Shown here: one piece after another, positions 27,352-40,400 of the stretch | Layout: each line of letters starts with the position of its first letter | How positions within the stretch are numbered: the first letter of the stretch is position 1 | Assembly (NCBI GenBank): GCA_014905635.1 | Contig: JABVCE010000033.1 | Coordinates: 1-64,000 of the forward strand | Direction of reading: 5' to 3' | Length of the DNA stretch: 64,000 bases | Source: Scenedesmus sp. PABB004 | Taxonomy: Eukaryota | Notes under the pieces: model-generated | What the model was told of the DNA's origin: nothing | The model's input: the letters and a program-made list of their open reading frames with translations, nothing else | Databases searched by the model: none | Program-made: the position numbers and the translations under genes

Positions 27352-29192
27352 ATGGCGCCGGGGCGGGCAGCCGGCGGCGCGTTGGGGCGCCTGCTGGCCA
27401 TCGCGGGCGCGCTGCTGCTGGCGGCGGCGCCGCGCCGCGCGGGCGGCGTGGCCTTCGACCCCTGCGCTGCCATCACGCCCATCAGACGAGTGCGTGAACT
27501 GCGTCAGCGCGCGCGCAGAAGCTGCGGACGCGCCGCGTGCGCGCGCCGTGACCGCGTGCGCTGCTGCGCGCTGCACGCGCCCGCCGCCTCCAGACGGAGC
27601 CGTTCCGGGTCGGCCTGGTGTTCTGGCCGGGAGGCCTGGATTCGGACTGGGGCGCTCTGCAGCCGTGCGACCCCGCGGTGCAGGCCAACCTGGTGCGCCG
27701 CGCCGCCGCGCGCGTTCACGCCGCGCGCAGTAGTCGCCGATCGCGCGCCGACCCCACGCGACGCCGTCGCCGCCGCTGCGCGCCGCCAGACGGCGGCGGG
27801 CGCGATGTTTGCGTCCTACAACGTGCGCGCAGACCGGCTGACGGTGCTGAAGACCTCCTTCCCCGAGGAGCTCATGCTCACCGGCCGCGCGCCCGCCGGC
27901 GCGGCCAAGGTCATCTCGGTCGTGGCGTTCCGGTGCGGCGTCAGGGCCGCCCGCGCCAGCGCCAGCGCTAGCAGCGGCAGCGGCGGTGCGCGGCCCCCGG
28001 CCCGCGGCCGGGCTGACTGCGGCTCCGCCGCCGCCCCTCGCCGCCGCGCCTACCTGCGCCCGCAGAAACAACGTGCGCTCCGACGTGCGTTACATTGCCA
28101 GCTTTGACCCGGGCGTGACGTTCGGGACGGGCTTCGTGTCCAGCCTCGCGCTGCTGGCCAAGTTTGGTGCGGCGCGCCTGCGCGCGAGGTGCCGCGGGCC
28201 GGCGCGCCGGCGCGGCAGGCGCGGTCACCGCTCGCCGCTCGCCGCCGGCGTTGCCCCCCCCCCTTTCCCTTTTGGGCGCAGAGCTGGGGTCGCTGCGGTA
28301 CCTGCAGTTCTTCAACCTCACCTGCAACGACTGCGGGGGCCGCACCAGCGCGCGCTGCATTAACAGCACCAGCTGCGCGCAGGACTACAGCGAGTGCACC
28401 TGCGTCACCCGCACCGGCGGCGTCAGCGCCGGCGCCGGCGGCGGCGGCACCAACGGCACTGGCAGCGGCAGCGTCACCAACGGCAGCGACGCCGCCGGCA
28501 ACAGCTCAGCGCCGGGCGCGCGGCGGCTGCTGCAAGACCCGGCGCCGGACGGCGGCAACGCCACCGACGCGGGCAACAGCAGCACCAACACAACCGACAA
28601 CGCGACTGAAACGCCGCAGCTGGGCGTGGGCGAGGTGCCCGGCGCGGCGGCCTGCAACTACGCCAACTTCTCATAGTGCGCGGTCGCGGTGGGGGTTGAG
28701 GGCTGCGGCGGCTCGCTGGCCAGGCTGGTGGTGGCGGCGCGCGCGCGCGCGCGCGCAGCGCGCGGGTTGGGGCTGACGCGCGGCCCGCGCCGCGCCGGCG
28801 CGGCAGCTGCGCGACGGGCATCAACCTGGCGTTTGAGGGCGTCGACGCGAGCAGCGCCGCGTTCAGCACGGGCGCGCAGATCCGCAAGCTCAACAGCTTC
28901 AGCCTCGTCGCGCTCTACTTCACGGCGAAGCAAAAGTTCTTCCAAGTGGTGCGGCGCCGCACGCCCCGCCGCGCCCGCGCGTGTGCGCGCCGCCCGCGCG
29001 CGCGCACCGCCGGCGCGCGCGCACCGCCGGCGCGCCCACGCCGCGCCCACGCGCCGCGCGCAGACCGATCTGTTTGAGTCCAAGGCCGGTGAGTACTGGG
29101 GCAACTTTGGGGCGGTGCAGGGCGACATCCAGGCCGCGTACAGCGGCAACGCCGAGGCCTACACCGACTCTGTCAGCAGCGGCCTCGGCTGA
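27352..29192 (+). CDS. Secreted Cys-rich protein, plant Expp1-like
   Basis: Signal peptide, then FDPCA, LQPCDP, VVAFR, VSSLALLAKF|ELGSLRYLQFFNLTCNDC..CINSTSCA, CATGINLAFEGVD, LNSFSLVALY. The motif order matches my recollection of plant Expp1-type proteins. Confidence 0.72.
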
Positions 29193-29740
29193 GGCGGCGA
29201 CGCTGCGGGTGCCGCGTGCTGCACGCGTGCTGCGCACGTGCTGGTCGGCTGTCGGACGGGCTCCAGGAACGAGCTGTGAAACAATGACGCTGGCGCCCGC
29301 CCCGCGCGCTATGCAGCCCGAGGGCGCGGCCGCGCCGTGCCCGCCGCCCGCGTGCACAGCATGGTGCGGCCGCGAGCGCGCCGGCAGCCCACGCACGACT
29401 CTCACACGCCCGAGCCGTTGGAGCAGTGGTGTTACACCGGTGCCGTCGCAGCACCCGGTCGCGCTCGCTGGCTGCATTCGCGCGCGGCGCACGACTCTGC
29501 GGCAGATGGCAGGGCGCACGGGCGCCACAACGCAGTAGCAACGCACATTCCTCAGTTCGGGCGGCGCTCTCAACAACCGACGCAGGAATACAGTGACGGG
29601 GCGGCATGCAGCTCCTGCAGCAAAGGGGACACGGCGCGGCGCTGCGCCGCGCGCCGCGCGGCGGCCAGCCCGCCGGCGCACCGGCGGGCGGGCGCGCCGC
29701 AGCGGTCGCGCGGGTGGGGAGGTGGGGGGGAGGCCGGGGC

Positions 29741-30435
29741 TCAGTGAACGTAGATGCACTCGCGCACGCGCCACTGGCGGGGACAAACCAGCTCCACCTC
29801 CTCCGGCGAAAACGCGGGGGAACAGGGCACAGCCCCCGCGCCCGCCTCGCCCAGGCCGGCCTCGTCGGCCAGGCCGTCGGCCCAGCTGGAGCCGGCCTCG
29901 GTGGCGAGCGCCGCGGCGGGGCCCGCGGCCAGGCCGCTCGCGAGCGCGAGGCCGGTCAGCAGGGCGGGCAGCGGCAGCGCCCAGCCCTCGCCGCCGGCGC
30001 CGCCCTCATCGCCGCCCCAGCGCCTGAACGCGGGGCCGCTTGGGCCGACGGGGCCGTCGCCGCCGCCTGCGGGTCAGGGCGGGGCGCGGGTGCGCGTGGG
30101 CGGGGCCGGGGGCACCACCGCAGGGGGCACCACCGCAGGACGGCGCGCGGCGCGGCGCGCGGCGCGGCGCGGCGCAGCCCACACGGCGCGCAGCCGGCGC
30201 CCGCCCCCCGCGGAGCTGCTCGAGGGCCCGGGCGCAGCCCGCCGAGCGCGCGTCCCGCGCCGCCAGCCGAGCTCTCGCGGCTCACACCTGTTGAGCCGAG
30301 CGCGCAGCAGGCGCTCTCGGCGCGGCGCTTGGACAGGTTGAGCAGCGCCACGCGCTTGCGGGGCGCCTTGACGTTGGCGGAGCGCCGGTAGGGGCTGGCC
30401 AGGGCGCCGGAGCGCGACACGGAGGAGGCGAGCAT
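29741..30435 (-). CDS. Small hypothetical protein with an organelle transit peptide and one hydrophobic segment
   Basis: MLASSVSRSGALASPYRRSANVKAPRKRVALL...; last exon GGDGPVGPSG..WALPLPALLTGLALASGLAAG..EVELVCPRQWRVRECIYVH*. Minus-strand TGTAA at 29432-29436. Confidence 0.6.
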
Positions 30436-30847
30436 GCCGCGAGGGGGCGTGTGAGCGGCTCGGGCTGTGTCGTGCGGGGGCTGGCGGTGCGTGGGATTGC
30501 TGTTGCGCGGTGCGGAGTGTGTGTGGGCGGGGTGCGGCGGCAGCGGGCAGCTCGAAAGTGAGTCCCGGAGACGTGCCGCGCGGACGCCGTTCCACATCCG
30601 CGTCCCGTGTCGGTTGGTCGCGACCAACCTTGGTCGTGCCCAACCTCAGCCGGAACCCGCCCGACGGGCGCAACGGCGAGCCACGCAGGGGCACGACAGC
30701 CCCGCGCGCAGGGAGAAGCCTGGGCGGCAGCGCCGGCCGCACGAGCAGCGGCGCGCGCGCGGCCCGCGCCGCAGCAGCAACAACGATCCACCACCGCCCC
30801 CTGATGCTCCCCTCTCGTGCGTTTGGTCCGCCCGCCCGCGGCCGGCC

Positions 30848-31055
30848 CTAGCTGACCACGCAGCGGCAGCGCGGCTGCGGGCCCTCGCCCTCCTCGTGCA
30901 CCAGCGCGTCGTCCAGGCTGTGCGCCACCGAGCCCGGGCCGCCGCCACCGTGCGCGCCGCCGCCCAGGCCCGTGAAGCCCGAGCCCTGGCTCAGCGCGCT
31001 GCGCGACGCGGGCGGCCCGACCGACATGCTGCCGCATGTGCTGCCCGCGCCGCCG

Positions 31056-31087
<32 letters not shown>

Positions 31088-33501
31088 CGAGTGCGGCGGC
31101 GTGGCCCGGAACGGCGACCCGCCGCCGCGCCCGCCGCTGTGCGCGCTGGACGGCGAGCCGCCGCTGGGCGAGGGCGGGTCGGGGGCGTAGGCTGCATCAA
31201 AGTAGACCGACGCGCCGGAGGTGGCCGACAGCCTGTGCACGCGCGGCGGCGCGCCCGGCCGGCGTGGGCGCGGACGGGGCTGCGCGGGGCTGCGCGGGGC
31301 TGCGCGGGGCGCGGGCCCCCGCGCCCCCGCGTGCGAGCGCGCGCGCTCCCGCCGCACCTGGACGCCGCCGACATGGGCGTCGCCCAGCCGTCCGCGTCGC
31401 TCGAGGCCGCAGAGGCGCGGCGCAGGCGGTCGCTGCTGACGCGCAGCCACTGCCAGCTGCCGCTGCCGCTGTGCCGCCCGTGCGGCGCCTGCAGGTGCGC
31501 GCCGCCGCCGCCGCTGCTGGCGCCGTGCCCGTGGCCGTTGGCGGTCGCCGCCGGGGCCTGCAGCACGATCGGCGGCTGCGCGCGGCGGCAGCGGCGGCAG
31601 CGGGCGGGTCGCGCCGCGCAGGGGCAGGAGCCGAGGGCAGGCCGCGGCCCCTGGCGCGCCGCGCCGCGCTGCCGCGCGCGCCGCCCCCGCCGTGCCTGAG
31701 TGCTGCGCGGGTGCGCCGCGAGGGCGGCGCTGTCTGCATCCATCTTGTCCAGCCAGCTCTGCCGCACGGCGTCATAGTCGAGCGCCCCACCGAGGAAGGT
31801 CGGCACCAGCTCGCGCCCAAACTCTGTCAACAGCGCTTGCTGTTCGGGCGGCGGCGCGGCGCGGCGAGGGGCTGGGCGTGTGCGCGCCGCCCGCGCAGGG
31901 CGCGCGGCGGGCCGGCCCCCCGCGCCCGCGCGCGCGCGCGCCGCTGTGCACCTGCATGGCCTTGCCGCCGCTGAGGACGTGCACCTTGTCGCGCGTGCCC
32001 TGCGCGACCGCCAGCGCGGCGGCGACCCCGGCTGAGCGGCGGCTGAACGGCGGCGCCCACTGTCGTTCCCTGCCTCCCTCCCTCCCTGCCTCCCTGCCTC
32101 CCGCCGGCGCCGCCGCGCCTTGTCGACAAAGGGCGCAACGAGGCGCCAGATCGCGGTGAAGGTCGCGCCCGCGTTTGCGATGTAGATCGCCTCCGCGCAC
32201 TCGGGGTAGTTGTCGCTGTCCATGGCCGTGATGAGCCGGAACAGCTGGACCACACAGCATTCAAGGGGGGCAGGGGGGAGGGCGAGGCGTCAAGGGAGGA
32301 GCGCGAGGCGCGCGGGGGCGTGCGAGGGAGTGGGAGGGAGGGCGGGGCGCGGCGGCGCGCGAGGCGCGCTGCAGCGCGGCGGCGGCGCACCCGCTGCGCA
32401 AAGCCGGTGAGCGCGGTGAGCGTGAGGCCCTGCGCGTCCATGATGCTCACGATGCGGTCGACCGTGTGCCCCGCCACCGCCGACGCCTCGGGCAGCACCA
32501 CCTGCGCGGCGCGCGCGCGCGCGGCGCGCGTTGCTGGCGGCCGCCGGCCCGCGCCCAGCCCAGCCCGCACGCCGCGCGCTGCGAGCCCGGGCCCCCCGCG
32601 GGCGCGGGGCGCCCTGCACACTCCGCTCGCGCGCCCCGTCTCAGCCCCGTCCCCCCTCTCATCGGCCCCCGGTCCGCGCCTGAGCCATAAACTCCATCTC
32701 GCGCAGGTGGTACGCCAGAAGGACGTCGTCCGACACGCCCTCGCGCTCCATGCGCTTGCCGTCCAGCTTGCCCAGCCGCTCCACAAACACCGGCCGGCGC
32801 TGCGCCGCGGCGGCGGCGGCGGCCGGCTCGGCTGCCGGCGCTGCTAGCTCCCAGCAGCGGCGGCGGCAGCTGCGGCGGGGCGCGGCGCACCTCGCGGTCG
32901 TGCCCGATGTAGCTGCTCGGCCGGCACGCGCGCACGAGCGACACCAGCCGCGCGTCGAGCGGCTGCTCCAGCGCGGCGTCGGCGCCGACCTGGGCGCGCC
33001 ACGCGAGCGACTCTGCGGCCGCGGCGGCGGCGGCGGCGGCGGCGTTGCGGTGTGTGTGTGTGTGTGTGTTGGGGGGGGGGGGGGCGCCGCGCGCGCCGCG
33101 CGCGCCGCGCGCGCCGCAGCAGCAGCAGCAGCGGCAGCAGCGGCACACGCACTCTCCAGCATCGCCGCCGCCGCGTCGACCGAGTACTTGCGCGCGCGCA
33201 GGAAGCGGAAGAGCGTGGCGTCGACGTCCCCAGCCACGATCAGGGCGTGCGGCAGAGCCACGGCGCGCGCGGCGAGGCGCGCCTTGAGCTCGGCGAGCGC
33301 GTGAGCGTGCTCCTGCGGCGCAGCGCCGCCGAGCAGTTGGCGGGCGCGCCGCGGCGGCGCGATCGCGCGCCCACGCGGCCTGCGCCCCCGCCACGGCACC
33401 TGGTCGAGGTCCAGGTGCGTCTTGCGCACGGCGGGGCCCCGCGAGGAAAAGCGCCGGCCCAGTGCGGACGGCGACTGCGGCGGCGCCGCCGGCGGCGCCA
33501 T
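30848..33501 (-). CDS. SEC14-like CRAL-TRIO lipid-binding protein
   Basis: DATLFRFLRARKYSVDAAAAML, SLAWR, GHDRE|RRPVFVERLGKLD, SIMDAQGL, DSDNYPECAEAIYIANA, IWRLVAPFVDK|GTRDKVHVL, VPTFLGG. Confidence 0.93.
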
Positions 33502-33840
33502 GCCGGCGCGCGCGCTGTCTTGCAGCGGGTCGCGGCGCGCGCTGGGACGCCGGGCGCGCGGGAGGGCGGGCTGTGGAGCGCGCGCGGCCGCCGCGGGCGG
33601 CGTGGGGCGTCGCATCATCAACCGAGGGCCGAGCGCTGGGTTTTGCGAAGCCCGCGCTCGCCTCTGTTGAGGCCACGCGTGCACACGCCGATCGTCGTCG
33701 TCCCGGCAGACGCTGCACTGCTCGCTGCTGCACAGCCCAGCTCCATCGCCGCACGCTCTCTCGCCCAGCGCGCCCGCTGCGGCCAATTGCGGCGCCGCCC
33801 TCGAGTGCGCTCGTCGTCCTTGACGCAACCGCGCGCCGGC

Positions 33841-34777
33841 ATGGCCATGCCACGCGCGCTGCTGGCGCCCGGCAGCAGCAGCAGGCTGGCCGCGCCCCTG
33901 CCCGCCCGCCGCGCCTGTACCGTCGCCCACGGTGAGGCACAGCGCGTGCCCCCAACGCCCGCAACGCGCCGGCGCGCCGGGGCAGCACCGCGGCAGCGCG
34001 GCGCCAGCGCGCGGGCGTGTGGCCGCCGCTGCTGCCGCGGCGCCGCGCCCGCGCCGCGGCCACGCCCGCCCCGCACCCGCGCCGCCCCGCAGGCCTGCGC
34101 CTCGCCGCCGCCGGCCGGGGGGCAGTGGCCGCGCCGCTGCGGCAGGCGCGCGGCGCGGCGGCGCCGGCGCCGGCGCCCCGCAGCCGCGGCGTGGCCGCGC
34201 GCGCCGCGCCGCCGGGCGACGGCGAGCCCGCGCCGCCGGGCGAGCGGGCGGTGGTGTACAACAAGGAGTTTGGGTACAGCCGCAAGGACGTGCTCATCAT
34301 CATCGTCGCGCTCATCGGCGCGGGCGTGCTGATGTATGAGGGCCTGCAGGCCGCCGGCATGGACGCGGGCATGGCCGGCAACTGGGTCCAGCTCACCATC
34401 TTCCTCGGAATCTGCGTCGGCTGGGTCTCAACCTACCTCTGGCGCGTCGCGAACAAGGTGCGCCGCGCCGCGCGGCGGCGCCGCCGCCCTGCGACCCGCC
34501 TGCGCGCGACGCCGCGCCGCACCGCTCCGCGCGGCCGCGCCGTGCCGACCCCGCCCCGCCCGTGCCGCGCCCCTGCGCCTCGACTCTGCCCCAGAAAATG
34601 ACGTACGCCCAGCAGCTGCAGATGTACGAGGAGGCGGTGATGTCGAAGCGGCTGGAGGAGATGACGGAGGCGGAGCTGACGCAGCTGCTGACAGAGGTCG
34701 AGGCCGACCGGGAGAAGCTCGCGGCGACAAAGGCGGCGCTCGCGCGGCAGCAGCAGCAGAGCCGCGGCGCGCCGTGA
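33841..34777 (+). CDS. DUF3007-family plastid membrane protein
   Basis: Transit peptide, then YNKEFGYSRKDVLII..GMDAGMAGNWVQ..VGWVSTYLWRVANK|KMTYAQQLQMYEEAVMSKRLEEMTEAEL. Confidence 0.88.
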
Positions 34778-34942
34778 CGCGGGCGGCGGGCGGCGGCGAA
34801 CGGCGGCGAGCAGCGGGCGCAGGGTTGTGTGTGCAGTGGGGGCGGCGCGCGAGGGGCGCGGCAGCCGGTTGCAACGCCCCCCGACGTGCGCGGCCGCAGC
34901 GATTGGCGCGTGCGCCTCCGATCCCCGACGCCGCTGCCGCGT

Positions 34943-37111
34943 CTACCGCGCGGCGGCGGCGCGCCCGCGCGCGCGGTCCCACAGCCCTGGCGCCGCCGCG
35001 ACCGCGCCGTCGAGCAGGTAAGCGCTGTTGCGCTCCCCGCACGCGGGCAGGTCGTAGCCATAGTTGCACATGACGCCCACGCTCCGGGCCAGCCCCGCGG
35101 CGCTGAGGTCGGCCCTGCGCGGCGCGCGCCCGGCGCGCGGCCGGCGTGGCGGCCGCGGCGCGGCTGGTCAGCCGGCCCGGCGCGCGCCAGCCCAGCACGC
35201 GGCGCGCGCGCGCGCGTGCGGGCCACAGCACGCACCGCGCGTGGACGGCGAGCAGCATCGCCCCGTTCTTCAGGTGGAAGTGCTGCACCGGGTCGAGCGC
35301 CGCCCCGCGCCGCTTCTGCGTGAGCAGGTACACCAGCCCCAGGCGCGCCAGCAGGCCCTGCAGCGCGGCCGCGTGCGGCGCCGGCAGCGCCAGCCAGGCG
35401 TCCGCCTCCAGCAGCTCCAGCAGCGCCGCGGCGGTGGCGCCGCCGCCGTTGCCCGCGTCTGCTGCGCCCGCGGCGCCGTCGCCGGCGCTCGGCGGCGGCG
35501 CCGCGCGGCCGAGCGCCGCCAGCGCGGCGCGCGTCGCCGCGGCCTCCTGCGGCTGCAGCAGGCTGCCCGGCTGCTGCGGCGCGCCGAGCGCCGCGGCGGC
35601 GACCTCCGCCGCCGCGCAGGCCCCGCCGCCCGCCTCCTGCCGCAGCGCGGCGACGAGCCACGCGCGGAAGCCCGGCATTGGCGAGAGCGTGACGAGGCGC
35701 GTCAGCCCCGGCAGCTCCGCCTGCAGGGCCTGGGCGGCCCGCACGATCAGGAAATGGCCCAGGTCCACGCCGCCCAGGCCCGGCTGGCCCGCAGAGATGC
35801 TGTAAAAGCACGCGACGCTCCCGGGCGGCCCGCCGCCGGCGTTGCTGGCGGCGCCGCCTGGCTGCTGCTGCTGCTGCTGCTCCTGCGGCGGCTGCGGTGC
35901 GAGCACCTCGTCCATGGTGGCGGGCACGTGGTCCATGATGGCCGTGTGGAGCACCACGAGCGGCTGCTCGGGCAGGCTGGGGTGGAAAAAGGCAAAGACA
36001 CGCCTGCAGCCCAGCCGCCCAGCGGCGGGGCAGCGCCAGGCTCGCCGGTCAGGCCCGCCCTGCCAGCGGCGCGCGGCCGCGCGGCGCGGCGCCGGCCCGC
36101 CCCGCAGGGGCTCGGGCGGCGCGGCAGCCCACCTGTCGGACTGCTGCAGGCGGCGCTTGAGCTGCTGCACGTGCTGCATCACGTGCACCGCCTCGGCAGC
36201 CATCACGCGCTCCTGCCGGCGGGGCAGGGCGAGCTGTGGGCGCGGCTGCGAGCGCGGCACGGCGGGCCCCCCTCCAGCCGCGGCCGCGGCGCCGCGCGGC
36301 GCGCAGCTACCAGCAGCGCGCCCGGGGTGGCCTCCCACGTGATGCGCTGCAGGCGCAGCAGGCCGACGTTGAACCAGCGCGCCAGCGCGCCCCTGTGCAG
36401 CAATGGCGACAGGCGTCGACGGCGTCGGCGCGCGAGCGGCGACGCGCCCGCCGCCGGGCCGGGCCGGGCCGGGCCGAGCCGGGCGCGCGCGGCGCACCGC
36501 AGGTGCTGCGCCAGGCCGCGCAGCGCGGCGCCGTGCTCGAGGCCCGGCTGCTCCGCGAGCAGCGCCAGCAAGTCGCCGCGCAGGCGCACGAGGAAGGCGA
36601 TGCCGTCGGGGTGCTGCGCGAGCGGGAGCAGCAGCTGCAGGTACAGCGGCTGCGCCGCGCTCGCGAGCCGGTCCGCGAGGCGGAGCTGCAGCTCCGGCCC
36701 GCCGTCGCGCCGCCGCGCCGCCCAGAGCGCCGCCGCGTCGTCGACCGCGCGCGGCTGCACGCCAAACTCGCACGCGAGCAGCGCAAACAGGGCGCGGCGC
36801 TGCTCCGCGCTGCGCGCGAGGCGACGATACGCCGTCATGAACAGCGCCGGCACTGCGTCGGGGACGAGCCCGCCCGCGCCCTCGGCGCGGTGCACCGCGA
36901 TCGCGTCCGACACCAGCGCGCGCAGCTCGCGCGTCGACTCGGCGCTCCCCGCTGGGGGCCCGGGCGGCGGCGCCGCCGCCGGGGTTTCGAGCAGCGACGA
37001 CCACTTCTCGATCAGCTGCGCCGAGCTGATGCCGCGCCGCGCGGCGGCGGCGGCGGCGGCGGCAGTGGCATGCGCCGCCGGGCGCGCCGCCGCCAGCGCG
37101 GCGGCCAGCAT
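34943..37111 (-). CDS. MLYCD: Malonyl-CoA decarboxylase
   Basis: GIAFLVRLRGDLL, WFNVGLLRLQRITWEATPGALL, EAVH, RRVFAFFHPSLPEQPLVVL, FYSISAGQPGLGGVDLGHFLI, TLSPMPGFRAWL, LDPVQHFHLKNGA, ADLSAAGLARSVGVMCNYGY. Confidence 0.95.
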
Positions 37112-37462
37112 GGCCGGCGGCGGCGCCCGTCGGCAGAGCAGCGGCGGCAGCGGGCGGCGGCGGAGCAGCGGCGGGCGCCGGGAGGAGCGCACGGCTCGGC
37201 GGCTGGTTGGTCTGGGAGTGACGGCGGACCGGGGGCGGGCTTCCTGCTCCGGGTTGATGGCCCAGCGCACGTCGCGCGCTCGAAAAAGTGACGGCAGCTG
37301 TCGGCGCCGCGCCGGCGCCCTCCCCGCCGCACCCATGATCAGGCGCCATTGTCTCCCCTCGCCTGACGCACGGCCGCAGCGCGACCGCGCTGCCGCGAGA
37401 GCATGCCGCTGCGCGCGCCGCCGACGCCGCTGCTCGCCGCCCGGTCGTGAGGCGCCGCCGCC

Positions 37463-40400
37463 ATGGAGGGTGCGTGCGGGCGGGGCGCTGGCGCTCGGAG
37501 GGGCTCGCATGGGCACAGGCGCGACGCCGCCGCGCCGCGCAGGCTCCGCCGCGCAGCAGCAGGCGGGCGTGGCGGTCGTGCTCGCGGCCGCGGCCGGCGG
37601 CGCTCAGCAGGCGGCGGTGCTGCCGCCGGACGTCAAGACCTACGCCGGCCTGCTCGACTTTGCGCGCCGCACCTTCAACCAGCCCGACCAGGTCGGTGCG
37701 CGCGCGGCGAGCGGCGGCCGCGACTGCGGCGCGCCGGCTGCCCCACGCGCGCGGCCTGCCGCGCCCCGCTCGCAGGAGCTGGCGTTCACGGACGGCCAGC
37801 GCGACATCAGCGGCGACCAGGATGTCGTGGCGCTGGCGCCCGGGCAGCGCGTGCTCGTGCGGCCGGCGCGGGCGCACGACGCCGGCGGCGTGTTCAAGGC
37901 GCGCCGCCGCCGCCGCCGCCGCCCAGCCCCCCTGCTGCCCTGCCGCAGCCGCAGTCGCCGCGCTACCGCCGCGCCTGACGCTCCCCGCACCCTGGCGCGC
38001 GCAGGAGCGCATCAGCTTCAACCCGCACCCCAAGACGCTGACCATGGCGGGCGACTACGAGTACTTCGCGGCCCAGGGGCACCACCCGCTCGCGTTTGCG
38101 CTGGCCGAGCTCGTCGACAACGCGCTGCGCGCGACCAAGGGCGGCGGCGCGGCCGCGCCGCGCCGCATCACGGTGCAGCTCGTGACGGACGCGCGCGGCG
38201 GCGCGGGCATGGTCGCGGTCTCGGACAACGGCAGCGGCATGACCGTCGCCGAGCTGAACAGCTGGGCGGTCATGAACCTGTCGATGGAGGACCGCGGCCT
38301 GCTGCCGCCGACCACCGACGAGCCCAAGGGTGCGCGCGCGGCCGCAACAACAGCGCGCGCCCGTCCCGCCTGCGAGCCGGGCGCCGCCGCCGCCCGCGCC
38401 TCCCCACGCCGCCTGCCCACGCCTGCCCACCCCGCCGCTGCCGCCGCCGCCGCCGCTGGCGGCTCGCGCGCCGCAGCCGGCAGCCGCTACCTGAGCAGCG
38501 ACATCTCCTACTTTGGCGTCGGCTCCAAGAACGCGGCCTTCTACCTCGGCCGCACCGTCAAGGTCGTCACCAAGACCGCAGACTCGGACTACGTGCACGA
38601 GCTCTGCATCCAGGGTGGGCCGCCCCGCCGCCGCCGCAGCCGCAGCAGCAGCAGCGCGCCGGCGCGCCACGCCTCGGCCGCCGCCGCGCCGCCGCGCCGC
38701 CGCCGCCGCCGCCGAGTCGCCTGCCGCCGCCCGCCGCGCAGCGGCCGAGCTAGAGCGGCGCTACTGCGAGGGCCAGGCGGTGTATGAGGAGGACATGCTT
38801 CACCGCACGCCCGGCGACGCGTGCAGCATGGCGCCCGCGGAGCGCGCGTTCCCGCAGCCGCAGCAGATGCTCGCGGCGGAGGTGCGCGGCCGCGCGGCGC
38901 GCGGCCGCCGGCGCCGCTGGCCGCCGCTGGCTGCTGACTGCCGCGGCCGCCCCGCAGGCAGCGTCCGGCGGCGAGGGCGGCGGTGGTGCGGCCAGCTTCA
39001 CGCGCGTGCTGATCTACGACCTCAAGCCCGACGTGCTGGCGCAGCTGTGCGACGAGGACGAGGGCGCGGGCGTGCTGCGCGACCTGGCGCACCTGTACCA
39101 CTACTACCTGCACGCCGCGGGGGGCAACGCCTTCACGTGCGGGGGCTGGCACGGGGGCGCTGCGGCGCTGCAGCGCTCACGCGGGGCGGCAGCCCGGCCC
39201 AGGCTCAGACGCGCGCGCCGCCGCCGCCGCCGCCGCCGCCGCGGCGCAGCACGTCGCACGCGTCGCAGCTGCCCAACGGCGAGCGCGTGCCGGACATCCG
39301 CGTGGAGCGCTGGCAGGGCAGCGCGGGTGTGTGGGCGCGCAGCCTGGTCGAGGTGGACGACGACCTGGAGAGCCGCTACCTCGCGGCGCAGCGCGCGAGC
39401 ATGGAGTTTGTGCTCAGCGTGCCCAACCACGGTGCGGCGCGGCGACGCCGCCGAGGGTCGACCCCCGGCCGCCGCCGACCCGCATTCCCGGTGCTGCGCC
39501 GCCGCGCCGCTGCGCGCAGGCAAGGTCGAGGGCGTGCTGTGGTACTTTCCTTATGAGAACGACCAGGAGACGGTGCCGCTCGACGCGCACACCATGGGCC
39601 GCATGCTCCTCACCGCCAACCGCGACGGCGCCGGCGGCGCGACGCAGACGCACCGCGGCGGCGCCGGCGGCGCCAGCGCGGCGCCGCACACGCAGCTCGG
39701 CGCGCCGAGCCACCAGCAGCAGCTCGCGGCGTGGCAGTCGCAGCGCGGCGCGGGCACGCAGGCCGGCAAGGGCAGCGGGCAGGACCTCGACGCGGAGCAG
39801 GACGCGGGTGCGCGCACGCGCGCGCGCAGCGGCAGCGCCTGCCGCCGCAGCGCCGCCCGGCAGCGCCCGCCTGACCCCACCTGCCGCTGCAGGCTACGCG
39901 GCGCTGCTGGCGGCGTGCCCCACGTTTGAAGCCTTCTGGCAGGGCCGGCTCATCCCGGGCGCGTGCGTGGACACGCTGCCCTTCATCCGCGCCGTGCGCA
40001 GCAAGCGCACCGCCGCCGCGCGCGACCTGCTGCCGGACGAGGCCTTCGCGCGCATCAGGTGCGGTGGTGGGGGCAGCGGCGCCGGGGACGGCGTCGTCTG
40101 TCGGTCGGTCGCCGAGGCGCCTCTGCGCCGCGGCCGCCGCGCTCAGCCTGTGGCCGCGCCGCCGCGCCGCCGCGCCCGCGCAGGGGCGCGCTGTTCTTTG
40201 GCCCCGGCTTCCGTGTGACGCGCAACAAGCTGACGTTCCGCGACAACCTGGCGCTGCTGCTCGAGGGCGCGAGCCCGACCGACCGCCACCTCGAGCGGCG
40301 GTTCAAGGACTGGCTCGTCAACTGCCACCGCACGCTCGACCGCAGCGTGCGCTTCGAGGTCCTCTGCAGCCAGTCGGTGCAGGTGCGGCCGCGGGGCGGC

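Noticed and set aside
28671..28680. In-frame TAG (NFS*) in the Expp1-like gene suggesting readthrough or a recoded stop
   Set aside because: A donor TA|GTGCGC splits the codon. Splicing to CAG|C at ~28807 gives TAC (Tyr) and continues as CATGINLAF.
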